Shown: positions 38,650 through 51,216, counted from the stretch's first letter. The stretch is DNA of 64,000 bases from Klebsormidium nitens (GCA_000708835.1 DF237429.1:1-64000); one strand, 5' to 3'. The notes: a model not told the origin generated them from the sequence alone. A program made the numbers and translations.

Positions 38650-41600
38650 ATGGCTCACATTCAGGCGCAAATCCGAGAGAATAGCATGGTAAGAACTGTC
38701 CTGGCAATGTGCCTGCTTCCTTAGCTTGTCACTTACTGACAGGGTCTTCTTTCTGTCATGATTTCAAATTAGGGTTTGATATTCTCTTGAGCATACTCCC
38801 CAGAGCTGAATCTTACTACCTCTCTATGAAGGAGAAACCGTTGCACCCGGTAAGCCTGATTAAACACAATCTAAAATAGATCTGAGCTGGTTAAGATTTG
38901 GGCTCAACAGCTGGTGGTATGGAAATATCAGGAGGCTAGTGGTGTACCTGAGCTTGCTTGCACTTTTTTATCCTGGTCTGCTTAATCTTTGCTCTCTCTG
39001 GTTTGGAGGTTGTGGAGCCATTTTGGACTCGTGACCAGCTAAGTCAGCTCACCACTGGTTTAATTTAAACCTAACCACATCTTTTGACTTCTCCAGGAGC
39101 TGCAAGACTATCTAAGGGAGCTCCGAGACTGGGAGGTCAAAGCGAAGGCTAAGGATCAGATGCTACGGGACGGAGGCGCTGCAGCGCCCCCGTCAGAAGT
39201 TCCACCCATCAGGGGGCAGCCAGTGAAGAGGCCAGAATCAGGGCAACAGAAAGCCATGTCTGAGGCCACTGATTCGAGGAAGCATGACGAGAACCCAAAG
39301 AAGGGGAAGAATGCAGCCAGCCACACATATGACTACTTCCGAGACAAGTGGGACAAGTTCGACGTGGTAAGAAGTGCCACTTCGGCTTTCCTACTCCAGC
39401 TCTGCTTCAATCCGTATACTTAGTTCGCGGAACTAAGTAGTCTATGTGTCTCGAAGGTACTGGACTACGAACAAGTATCGTGGCGGTGTGTAAAAAGCGT
39501 CGGGATTGGCAAGTACGGCGCTATTCTAGAAGGCCTGAAGTGTGAGGGCTTGTAGGCATGTGAGACAAGTTTATGTGAATTTTAGGTAGGCTATACTTGA
39601 ACAGCCTGGGTAAGAACATCTCTACGAGTACCAATTGCTGACCTGCATTCTCAGAGATCTTCATACCTGTCAAAACTTCGATAACAAAATAGGTGACAAA
39701 TCCTGAGAACATTACCGGACGGTTATGCAGGACAAGGCCCTTGCTGAGGCAGAAGACGAGTCACCTCGTGCAATAAAGCCTGCGGAAGCCCCTCCTGCCA
39801 AACCCCCATCAAATACACCCTCCGTCCAAAGCCCCGCGGCCATCCCAGCACCCAAAACGGCCAAGCCTACAAGCTCTTCCAAGTTTGCGTTTCCTAACGG
39901 CGACGGAAGTAGTCGCCCTGCTCCGCAAAAAGCATCGGCGGACGAATGGACGCCCAACAAGGCGCCTGATGCGACATCCGAGAAAGAAGAGGTGCGCGAC
40001 AGTAGTTTCAACCTTTTAGGCCCCGATGTTTGCTGATTCTTTTTCTTGTTCACAGCAAGGTTGAAGTACTTCCTATATAATCCCGAGTTCTGTCTGGTCC
40101 CCTGTGATCCTCACTCTCCAGGCGCTTGCTGAAATTGCAGCTCTGTAACTCTTCAAGAAGCTAACTTCAGCAATTGCTTAAAAAAGTGTCTTGAATGCCT
40201 TTCTTTCGACCTTTTTCCTCTAGCTGTGACCACATTTGTTAGAGCCTCTTATTATTGGCACTGAAAGATGAGCTCCACTTTCCTTGGCTCATCTATTCTC
40301 TCGGCATTCCCACTGCAGGGTAACCGTCTGTTCAAAGCGGGCCGTTTTTGGGAAGCCTTTGAGTGCTATAGCCGCAGCCTCGCTCTCAGCCCCACTTCCG
40401 TCGCTCATGCCAATCGCGCGATGGCCGCACTTAAACTTGAGATGTTTCGAGAGGCTGAGACGGACTGCACGGCAGCGATCGATCTGGACGATCACTATGT
40501 GAAGGCGTACTCACGGCGGGGGCGGGCGCGTTCGCACCTTGAGAAGTGGCTAGAGGCGGCAGACGGTGAGAAAAGGCCCTGGAGGAACGGAAAATGATGC
40601 ATTTCTGTATCTCGTCACCGGGTTGGATGTAGAAGCGATTGAGTATGATAGATTGAGATTGCGTGGTTTCTTGGATGACTCTCTTTCACCGGCATGAGCT
40701 GAAGGTGACCGAGCGGTTTCTCGTAGCGTACGAGGTGGGCTTCCTGCCTTACTCTCTTAGAGTTCTCCTTGTATTCCTTGTTCCTTTGAGCAGTCACTCC
40801 GTCACACTAACAATAGCAGAACCTTGATAGGCTGTGAGACCAACTTAGCAGATTTTCCACCTCAACTTTTGCTTTACCCTCCCTCTATACCCTCCCAGTA
40901 TCACATACCCTTCCGATCGTTCTTGCAGATTTCGAGTTCGCCTTGCGTCTGGAGCCCCACAACAAGGAGCTCCTTCAAGAGTACTCCGCAGCCCGGATTG
41001 CCTGCCAGCGGGAGGCCAAGCTCCCTAACCCCTCCACCGCCGTTAATCTCCCAGTCAAACCCGCCCAGGAAGCTGCCTCAGTGCCCCTATCAAAGCCGTC
41101 TCTCGCTGACAGGATCCAGTCGAAAGAGTTCAATGGTAAATCGGACGGGTTGAGGATGGACTTCCTTAGAACAGTCAGCGACGAATCGAAGCTTGAAGTT
41201 GGTTCAAAGTCGGTAGTCGAAGAAGTTCCGTTAGCTTCGGAGGCGGCCGTAAAACGCGCTCAACAGGTGGAGAAGAACGAGGTTGACAGAGCGATCCAGG
41301 TGATTGAGCCATCTAGCAGCGAGAGGAAGACTCCGACCAGTTCTGGAGAGCGAAACGAACCGTCAGTAGGAAAAACCGCCGACTCTCGAGCAGAATCGGA
41401 TGTCCATGCCAACGAAACCGGGAGGTCTGCTCAGACGGAAAGCAGCGCATCTTTGAACGATGCGTTAGCAACCAGGAAAGGGAGGCCGCTGGAGCTGCCA
41501 GGAGGACACGTGGCAGACGGGGAAGCAAACAGCCCTTTATCCTCCAGTCCTTATCCAAAATTAGAAGAGTCGAGAAAGAGCCCAAGACGGACTGTGCTGG

Positions 41601-43055
41601 CGAACGGTTCGCTTGCAGCGGCAAATGCGGCGGCAGAGCGGCTGCAGCGCACACTGGCGGAGAACGTGGCAACGCCACGGACGTCCTATGAGTTCGAGAC
41701 GCAGTGGAAGGGGTTCAAGGACGACTCAGCGGCGAAAGCAAAGCTTCTCAAGGTGAGCCGTTTGGATAGAGATTTAAAGTCGGCCTGCTGCAGCTTGAAG
41801 TTCGGCTCTTGTGTTTAAAAGCTTCCTGCAATGGCCTCTGGAACATGGGTGCGTCTTTCGTCTCCTGGAGACTTGCAATCCAGTTTTCTCCAGCTCGCCT
41901 TTACATCCGTACTCTGCTGAGCTCCTTCTCTGCTTTAAGTCCGTTGTCGTAGACGAACTGCACGTAGAGCGCACGTGGCACTTCTCAATGGTGTGCCGGT
42001 CCTGTTTGATGATTTCGGACAGTGGCCACATGCTTCGCAAACATGCGCTTTCCTCGACGCTGATTGTATTTACATTGATGCAAATATATAAATATCTATC
42101 CTGCTCAATCTGCTCGAGAAGATACAGAGTAGCGGCTTGTTCTGTGGTGACCCAACCTTTTCTGCCGGACCGGCGTCGTTGGAAGGCGACTAGTTGCATA
42201 TCTCACGCATTCGTCTCCGGCGAGAAACGCCTTTTTTTGAAAGAGCTTCGCTTTAGTTTTCTCATTATCGATCAGGATTCCTCCCTTCTAATTGCACGTA
42301 TGTTCCTTGTCCTGCCAACTCTAACAAGTCGCTGGATAGCCAGCCGTTGCTTTCGAGAAGAATCACACCACCACTGAGTTCGTTTACAGACGGGCATCGG
42401 GGGACCCCTTCCTCCCCGCGAGCAAGTAGCCGGACGGCCTCTCAATAAGCTCCCCCAAAATTGCAGCTTGACACCAAGTACTCTGTGTCGCCGTGGAGGG
42501 AATCCCTTTCAAATTGAAAGCTGCGTTCCCCTCTGCAGACGCTGGTCCCCTTTCAGCTGGCGCCTTTCTTCAAGGAGTCCCTGCAGGCCCCCTTGCTTTG
42601 CGACATGCTCCGGGTTGTTGCCCGAGAGCTTCTACCGGGGGACGCCGCCTTTGCTGCAGACCTGCTGGAAGGACTCTCTACTGTGCCCCGGTTTGCGATG
42701 ACGGTCATGCTCATCTCCGGAAAAGACAAGCAGAGTGAGTGCGCTCCTGACACTGGGTGTGCTCTTGCTTGTAGAGACTCGTAGGGCGTTTTGTTCGATT
42801 TGGTGTCGACCCTTGATTACGCGAGTTGCATCTTGATTGGGGTCACAGCATGCTTGTATGTGGTTAGTCAGCTGTAGAAAGTGTTCCAAAATGCAGACCG
42901 CAACCTGGACTAAATCAAATCACTTTTTCGAATGCGGACTCTGTTGGATGTATGCAGGTCTTCGCGAGCTGTGGGACTCAGCGGCCACAGATGCATCAAT
43001 ACCTGAGTCGATACGAACTCGCGTTGCGTCTTGTCGCACCAAGTATCGAATGTGA
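38650..43055 (+). CDS. RPAP3: RNA polymerase II-associated protein 3 (R2TP TPR co-chaperone), ~644 aa, 7 exons
   Basis: Exons 38650-38688, 39097-39366, 39731-39991, 40319-40565, 40929-41752, 42539-42734, 42958-43055 (1935 nt). N-terminal IQAQIRENSMELQDYLRELRDWE. One carboxylate-clamp TPR domain (EKEEGNRLFKAGRF.EA..CYSRSL...ANRAMAALKL...KAYSRRG). RPAP3_C domain (PRTSYEFETQWK...PRFAMTVMLIS). Confidence 0.88.
38769..38777 (-). promoter_or_regulatory. Telo-box-like motif AAACCCTAA in RPAP3 first intron
   Basis: TTAGGGTTT at 38769-38777, ~120 bp after the start codon. In plants, telo-boxes are typical of 5' regions of ribosome-biogenesis genes. A single 9-mer could be chance. Confidence 0.25.
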
Positions 43056-43399
43056 TCGGAGCAAAGAGGACCACCATAAGCTTATTTAATCAGGGGCAGG
43101 GTCGAACTTCAGCCCGATGGTACTCTTGCACACACAGGCTCTCTTCTCCTGCGTCGCAATGACCCCCACGAAGTGGGCGGTTGACCCTGTTGTCGTCGTG
43201 AACTCGACTTGCACAATTCGCACTTCAAACCGCTAGCTAGTGCTTGGAAGGCATGATGCGGCTGCACTGGCTGCGAACCCTTCTGTCGTATACGTTCAAC
43301 TTGCGGTATGCTCCGCTTGCGTGCCAGTGATCAGTAGCTGTACTAACCTAATTGCAGTTGTCTATGAGTCCCTGTGGCGGCTGAGCTGTATATGCTGGG

Positions 43400-44100
43400 C
43401 CAGAGACACTAACACTGCAACTGGCAAATGGCGACCAGCCTGCACGGAGCGGCTGGCGCATGCAGCTGAACCAATACAAATTTGAGCAGATCAACTGGCC
43501 AACCATGTGACAGCTAGCGGCGGAAACATTGCTCTACACGAGAGCAGTCACTCGTAAGCCTAGTTGATTGAAAGCGTGCATGTTCATGATCATGGCGCAC
43601 ATGGCATGCATATGCAGTATGCAGGCCGGCCTATACCCGTGCATTACATAAGTGCAACGGTATGCTTCCAGGATTGCGTAGGACCGGACCCACGTACGTC
43701 AGAGGAGTCATGAGACGGTCCTGTGTGAGTGTACGTATATGCATCCGACCGGGCACTGTGAGCTAGCTGGCAGGCTAGCGGCGCGGCTGTCGTGCCGTAT
43801 GTAAATAACATGAGTCGAGGCCATGGACCGTGGCGGCCGGGTGCCATGCAGCGCTCAACATATGTGGTCGAAGCAATTGAGAAACTTGGAAGCATGATGT
43901 CTACAATGATGCTCCGACGCTCACGCGCCGGCTGGCCCACCGCCGTCGGACTGCTTTACATATACTATTAAACTAGTCGGGACCGCGACTAGTCATACTG
44001 AGAGTGGCAGGTATGACTACGCGAGCTGGCTCTCAGATGCTAGGCGCAGCATATGAGCTTCAATCTATAAACTGCACAAGCTGCATAGCTTAATACACAG
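43400..44100. other. Palindrome-dense intergenic island between RPAP3 and the RING gene (convergent)
   Basis: CATGATCATG 43585-43594, TGCATATGCA 43607-43616, AGGCCGGCCT 43623-43632, hairpin ACTAGTCG-ggaccg-CGACTAGT 43972-43993, AGCTAGCT, CCATGG, ACGTACGT. Confidence 0.6.
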
Positions 44101-44270
44101 GCCACTCAGTCAAACGAGGGTGAAATGGCAGCGTTTCGCCGGACATGGCAATCGTAACTCACACATCATTTAACAACTCCGAGGACGGTGCTAGTATTCG
44201 CGATTTCCGGAGGCTGGACCTCTGGAAACAAGCCTCGACCCAACTCGTTTATACTTCAATGCAGGACGGA

Positions 44271-47200
44271 TCAGTCGAAGATCTGCTGTACCCAACTAAT
44301 GCTCGACCTGCACACCGGACACGGCTGCCCTGCTTCAAACGTCTGCATTGCGCAAGGGTAACAAAACCGCGCGTGCCCACACGGCAGGTAGAGCGCATTG
44401 CGCGGCCCATCCCAGCAGATGACGCACTCCTCTTCGTCATCCCTGGGTATCCGCCCGCCACCACCGCCTCTACTTTCTGTCTTTCTAGAAGCGGTAGAGG
44501 CACTCATTGGCGCTTCTATGTACTGCCCATTTGCTGGCCTGTGGGGGCCCGCAGGCTCGCCCCACGACCCTTTACTTTTGAGTTGCAAATCAGCAACGCT
44601 TTGAGAAAAAGAAGGGGGGAAAGAGCTAACGCCCGCACTTGGAGAAATAACCGGCTTCCAGAAATCTTGCTCCGCCTCAGTCAAAAACTCCTTGTAAACG
44701 CCATTTCCGACCGGCGCTGCCTGGGTATGCGGCAACCCACCATTCGCTGGTGCTACTCCGCCCGTTTGCGAGCTGTCCGTCCTTTTCATAGGCTCAGAAA
44801 CGGGCTCGGTCCCCCAAAACGACTCCCCAGCCCCCCGACCCGAGCTTAAACTCGTGGCTGATTGAGCCTCTGAAAGAGGGGGGACATTCGTCTGCCAACT
44901 CTGCCCCCACTCCCCCGAACTGCTCTGCAAAGCGGCCCCCTGCGACTCACTTTCTTGCAACCGTTTCAACAGCTCCTCAGTAGAAGGGGCTGCGTGATGG
45001 CTGTTGAACCCGTTGTATTTCAAAGCCATGGCATCCCACGTCAGATCCTCGTTCCCGCTCCGTTCTCTTGTCCCTTCCGCAGCGGGTGTACTCCGTACGG
45101 ACTCCAGCCCCGATCTCCGCGCCTCTTTCCACAACGCCCCTGCCCCCGTATCCGCTTTGCTATCGCTCGGTTTGCTCTTCGCCGCCTTTTTCTTCTTCAA
45201 CCCTGCAGCATCATCCTTCTCCTCAAGCGCGGCATACTTGTTGCTGACCGGAGTGGGCGCCTTCTTCTTCGAAAGCTTCGTCAGCGCCAGCGCCCGCGCC
45301 GCCGCCTCCGCCCTCTCCGCTTCCTCGGCCTCTTTTTGCTTCCGCTCTAGTTCTTTTTGCCGGGCCGCCTCGGCTTGCTGCCTCTCGACGCGCGCTTTCC
45401 GCATCGCTTTGGTGGCAGCTTTCCGAACGCTTGGATCCGCCCGATCCCCACTAGTAACGGCGGCTTGCATCTGATCCGGATCACCTGCGGGCATGAAAGA
45501 GCATGGTCAACAATATAAACGAAAGCGGGGCACAAATTCATCTCTCTGTTGAAAAGACCCTGACTCAAACTCCCTCATGTACAACCATTTTGCTAAGGTG
45601 CCAATGTTGTCTGCTTCTGCTGGAGCCTGACCGGGGGCAGTGCAGATAGCGCCTCAGAAATAGGAAAATGATACCCAGATCTGCCCTAAAGCTTGCCGCT
45701 TGCTAGACACCCCAAAAGCTGAGACATTCTCTGAGGAGATTTTGTAGTGACTGTGCTCCTGCAGTCTATGTTCCCCCTCTGCGACTGCGCCAAGTGTCAT
45801 ATCCAAGGGTAGCTGCAAGCAAGATTGCTATACAACCATCTGCTACTCCCACGCGATCTCTGAAGAGCACTGGGCATTCTAGGCGGTGAATGGCCAGCTT
45901 CAGTAGCTTTAAAACAAAGCATTCCAAGAAGGAAGTGGGCAGGACCATTTGAAAGCGGCAGTTCACCACTCCACGTGAATTCTGCCACACCCTGCGAAGC
46001 CAGATTGCAACGTTTCATACTCATCCTGCCACACACCACTCTTTACTTGCAGTTGAAAGCAGACTTCCATGGCAAATTCAAACTAGAACCAATCACAGCG
46101 TCCTCTTAGATCTCTGCTTACCTGAAGCAATCGCATCCGTGAGCCTTTTGTTGGCCTCCTCAGTGGCCATGAGGGCGTCTGCAATCGCTTTCGAGGCCTG
46201 CTCAGCTTTCTCGTCAACAACGCTTTCCCGGTGCCCATTCACCCGCGCTTTGGGGGGAGACACCGACTCCCGCTCCGAAGGGTGCCCCATCCCTGACGCG
46301 TCTTCTAACAGGCGCGTCTGCTTCAATTCCGTCTGCAGTGACGTCATCCAGACATAGTTCAGCACGTTGAGCTGCACAACTCTCGTAAGCCTCTCTTTTG
46401 AGACAATATTGAAGGAGGTCATCAAGGCAACAGGTCAAAGGGCAAGCGCAAAATGTCTCAAACCAAGCGCCATTAGAAGGATGTTACTGATGTGTATGGG
46501 GGTCCGCCTCATTCAAAAAGTAAGGGGGCCCAAGCCAATCAAAGTGCAATCACCTGGCTTCCACATCGATGTGTTCCTTACAACTCCAGCAAGCTTCAAC
46601 TCAAACTTTTATTAGCCACTTGCGCGTTGAATCTGATAGTATAAGCTGGAGAAAGTCGCCACGCCCTCTGTTCCTCAAACCCCATATTTGGTGGTCAATG
46701 GGACCCCCAGACTACATCTTGAGATGCTCCCAGCATTCCAAAGAGAGAGCAGCAATGTTGAGCTTTTCGCAGTAGCTGTCTCGACTTACTTCTGCCGGCA
46801 TCTGGTCATCCTGCCAGCATTTGATTGGAAATCCTGAACCCTAAAAAGGATCTATACGAGCTGTGCTGAGTACCCAGGGAGAGTAAAACTGGTAATGGTG
46901 CAATCGGCTGAGGAATAGACTGACTGAATCAGGTGGAACCACCTACCATCGCGCTGGTCAGACGACCTCAGTTATGACAAACCAAGTGTCAGCAACACCA
47001 TTGCAACTTGCCGTACTTTAACAGAGGAAGCAAAAGGGCCAACGACGAAAGCTAGTACGGATCTGCTCCCTCACCTTGATTTTGACCATCAATCGATCCA
47101 CCTCGTCCATGTCAAAGTTGAGCACTTTTCTGCAGAGCGGCCCCACCGTCCCAATCAGCGTACCCCGGGACCCATCCCAAACAACGTTCTGGCAGTGCTT

Positions 47201-47761
47201 ATGGACTGCTTGTGCAACGGCGACCCGCCGTTTGAGCAAGCTCAGCCCTTTCAGATTCAGCTTTTTCCGCCACAGCGACGGGAACAGCTCAGACAAGTAG
47301 TCTGAAACCACAGTCACCGCCGCCAGGTGTACTCGCGCCGCACGCTTTGCCGCCATTCTTGTGAAGTCGCTCACGTCCTTCCCAAAGACCTTCATAATCG
47401 CCTTGGACGAAAAGCGGTCCATCGTGCCGTCCTGAACCAGGTTTGCAATCCACTTGATCACTAAATCAGTCCCGAGCTCCGCCCAATCCGCACCGTCATC
47501 CCCCTCCTCCATCCACCCATCCTTCAACAGCTGCAGATACAAATCCGCGACCTCCATGTGGAACGCCCGCATCGGCGCCAGGTGGCGGATGCAGCTCAGG
47601 CTCGTTTCGATCGCCACTTCTTCCAGCGTCCCGCAGTGCCAGTGCACCTCCCCGCAGCGCGCGCACATCTCGCCATTGCTCAGGCGGTTCCCGTGCGGGG
47701 GGTGGTCCTTCATTCCGTGCCCCTTGTGCGCAACGTCCGACTCCTCCGAGTCGCTCATCAT
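44271..47761 (-). CDS. Uncharacterised protein with C-terminal RING-HC finger (putative E3 ligase), >=716 aa
   Basis: Exons 47761-47075, 46371-46122, 45484-44271 (2151 nt, in frame). C-terminal CVICWDGPRNALYLPCGHARFCYPCAMQTFEAGQPCPVCRSSISWVQQIF is an IAP/MGRN1-type RING. Central coiled coil. The 5' end may extend through weaker exons to ~48239. Confidence 0.8.
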
Positions 47762-48783
47762 GTCAGTGGTGTCTGCTTACAGCGATTCCTCGCGCAGCTC
47801 TGAGAGCTGCCTTCTGCGGCAGAGCGCACGCATGACCAAGCCTGGCATGCAAGGAGGCTGGCTTTGGCACCTGAGGCGACGTACGTACAGCTGGCAACTT
47901 GATCCTCCTCTCTACCGCTCTCGAGTTTGAAATTTGAACCTACGCCGACGGTAGTTTTGAACAGACTTCGGACTTCTTCTTTCTCCTCCGCCTCGACAGC
48001 TTGGAATCTGCAGAATGTGTACATACATGTGTACATGTCCACCTAGCAAAATGTACCTACCGTACAAGTCTGTACCGTGGAACACGGTGGAAGGTGGAGT
48101 GCGTACCTATCAGCGCGGCCAGCTGGATCCAACGGCCCGTGAGCAGAATCCAGAATTCGTCTTCCACGCCGATAGCATGCAGCCTTCTAGTGCGGAATGG
48201 ACCGAGCAACCGGCGTCGAAAGTTGCCGGAAACGGACATCTGACGGATTCAGATTAGGGTTTGGCACGTTCTCTGACGATCGGCGCAGCTGCGGCTCCAG
48301 CTGCGGCGCCTTTCTGGCAGTGGTAAAACGCTGCCGCAGGAAGAGCACAGGAAGCTGGCTTCAAAAGCCTGCGCGTCGCGCAATGGTCTTGCAAGAGCTT
48401 TCCAACATGGCCATGGCCTAACGAAAATTCAGAATTGTCTGCTCAAAGAAGGAGAGAACCCGAATTTGGTGGCATTGCAGTGAGAAACGCAAGTTGACCC
48501 AGCATTGCTACCACCATGGGAACAGCAACGGACGATTGGGGCTGAGCGCTTCGTGGTCTGCTTTCCTGAGCGCCACCGCAGAGGTTTGCTCTGCTTAGCA
48601 ACTGCATTGGGCTGCTTCAAAAGGGTTCCGCTCTTCCTCTTAAGCTGATTACCCCCTTGAACAACTTCAAAAGGATTGGCTCACGATTAGACGCGGAAAC
48701 GGAATCCTTTGAGCATTGAAAAATTGACAGGTGCAACATACTGAGTGATGCAACAGCATTGCGCGGCTAGCGAGTGAAGGGCA

Positions 48784-51216
48784 ATGGCGTCGCAAAGGGC
48801 TAAGCGGGGCGGCGTGCACGGGAGCATTCTTTCGTTTCTTTTCAGCAGCCAGTGCATAGCGAGCGCGTCGTTTGTTTTCATGTACATAATCTTCATTCAC
48901 CTCGCTCTTTTGTACACCGAGGAAGTGAAAGGGCTGAGCAACCGCCATGGGAGTCTGTCTGAGGTTAGCCTTGACCTGTCTGGGTTTCTGGGGAGTGGAA
49001 CACTCAACCAAGGGCGGAGACTACATCAGGTTAAGTCGGAGGAGCTTAGAGCAGCGCTCGGAGACCTCCAAGGTCTGCACAGGAAAGTCAAGTTCAGCTT
49101 TCCCAACTGGGCAAACGCCCTCCGGTTCTCTTTTGATGGAACGGCGTCGACGAGCCCCCAGCATCACTTCAAAGAAGAATCAATGCTTGATCACGACGCG
49201 GTGGATCCGGAATGGGCGCTTTTTGACAAGGAGATTCTAGAGGAGAGTAGGTTTGATTGGGCGCATGCGAGCAGCAGTGCAGACGAGGAAAATAGCAGCC
49301 AGGGGGGGGACGCCGGTGGCTCACAAGAAGAGAACGACGGGCCCCTCATTGGGGAAGGTGCGCCTGGGGAGGTGCAAATTGAGGACATTGTGAATGCGGA
49401 GCACATAGTGGAGGACCTAGTGGAAGCACAGCGCACGCATGCAGAGGAAGAGATCAGAGATGCAGAAGAGAAGCAGGCAAGTCGTTTTGCATGTTACCCC
49501 CCCACTTTTAGAAGAACACATTGGACATAGAGTGGATAGCAAGCTCCGTTGATCAAGGTGGTTCAGCGGTTGAATTCCTCCAAGCTGATGCGGTTGTTCT
49601 GACATCTTGCGTTCAGGTGACTTTGTATTGACATAGTTCAATCACTGGGTGGATACACCCTTGACATCGTTTGTAGCAGTCGAATTGATTGGCAGCTGAC
49701 GACCAGGATTTTTTAGACCTGAAAAACTCTCTTCGTATGGCTGTGTTTGCTTGATTGCCTTGACTCTTGAGGTGGTGCTCGATCGGCAGCTGGCGTTCAG
49801 CTTCTCTTATCAATCACCTCTGCTGTTACTGCACGAAAGGAGAATTGCCAATGTCAAGGCGGTCTACTGGAGGACCAATAAAGACAGGGAGGCTTTATGA
49901 CCCTTTCACAGGCTTCGGCAAAAGAACTCAGTCTAGAAATTCAGAGTTTTCGGCTTTTGCGTGCAGGAGCGGCTGTACGTGGAGCCCCTTCCAGAGGACA
50001 CAATGGAAGGGATTCTTCAGGAGACGACGCTGTACATAGAGGAGCGGGAAAAGTCTTTGGCGCGGCTGTCCTCGTTTGAGCCGATCGATGAAAACCCGCC
50101 AGAGCTGGAGTTGTTCGGGCTGGTGGATGAGGACTCCCGAGCTACGGGAGCCTGGATGATAGGGGAATCGTTGAGTGGTAAGTTTGTAGAGAAAGTCACA
50201 ATATAGCTGGCAATCGGTGTGCCGTTTGGTAGCAGGAGATTCTGGAGCAGATTCCTTGGATTGTGATTCACAGGAGCTGTTTGACGGAAGCGACTCCTTC
50301 CACCAGTGAGCTGTTTGAAGGAAAAAGTGCGCTCATTGCTACGAATGTGCAAAATCAAGAGACACGGACAAAGCGTGCCAGTCGATGATGTATCTAAGGG
50401 ACACCTGAACCGCTTGCCAGCACGTACCCCATTTGTCTGCGTTTCCTCACTCAAGATTGCCAGAGTGCTACTGAAAACCACTAATTGGCAGCCCCTGACT
50501 TTCATCACCTTGCTTGAGTCTGTGCAATTTCTGATCTGGGCAGCTTTTAAGATGCCTCTCGTTGAGCCCTTCCAATCGGATGCAAGTTTGAGTTTGAGGT
50601 CATGCTCCTCTTTACTCCGCAAGCAGGTTGACAGCTGGTTTCTTCAGACGACAGCTGGCTCGTTAGGATATGCAGCGAGTTTCTTCCCTATGACAGCTGG
50701 CACTTTGGATAGACAGCTGGGCCCGTAAAAGCGACAGCTGGCTTCCTTCTAAGCCTCCGGTTGTCAGCTTGAAACCACTTCAGTCCTGCTCTTGACCCCC
50801 GCAAAGCCACTGCCATCAGGATTCTGATAACGAAAATCCCAACCTGCCTTTACATCTTAGTAAAACTCAAAAAACTTCGCCCGTTGCTTCTTGCAGAGCC
50901 AGCTGTCGAGCCCGTCCAGCCTCGCGAGCCGCCCACTCGGCGGCGGCACCTTTTGGGCTTCCCCTCCGACGACTCGGCCCTGGGGGCCAGCCCGCCGTGC
51001 GCCCACGACTTGTCCGCGCTCGACCCTTTTGCGTATATGCATGCCAGCATCCAAAAGGCTTTCGACAGCGGGACCGGGCTCGTGCCGGGGCCGGCGACCA
51101 CGTTCGAGTGCGAGATGACGTTTGACGGTCAAGGACAGCGGTGCGTTGATCGCGACATTGTAACATACGGGCAGGACGAGGAGCGCGGGGGCCGGGGGGA
51201 TTGGTCCGTTGCATGA
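48784..51216 (+). CDS. Hypothetical acidic protein with N-terminal signal anchor, ~407 aa, 3 exons (first intron GC-AG)
   Basis: Exons 48784-49476, 49967-50177, 50897-51216 (1224 nt, in frame). Hydrophobic ASASFVFMYIIFIHLALLY followed by a Glu/Asp-rich body. The donor CAG|GCAAGT matches the GC-AG consensus. Confidence 0.65.
50630..50741. repeat. Phased array of GACAGCTGG (5 exact copies) in an intron
   Basis: Copies start at 50630, 50650, 50692, 50712 and 50733 (spacing 20, 42, 20, 21). Spacers are unrelated. A degenerate TGCAGCG lies at the skipped slot (~50671). Confidence 0.8.

Noticed and set aside
41811-42377. 188-aa plus-strand ORF in RPAP3 intron
   Set aside because: Not needed for the RPAP3 frame and not protein-like. 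Only the antisense relic is flagged, at low interest.
48015-48257. 80-aa plus-strand ORF (…YQRGQLDPTAREQNPEF…)
   Set aside because: No splice support; it conflicts with a possible upstream exon of the RING gene. Unresolved.
50017-50622. 201-aa minus-strand ORF
   Set aside because: Overlaps exon 2 and the intron of the plus-strand gene; no motif or codon bias.
50630-50741. CRISPR-like repeat-spacer reading of the GACAGCTGG array
   Set aside because: The repeat is 9 bp and spacers are 11-12 bp, far below CRISPR sizes. The host is eukaryotic and there are no cas genes.
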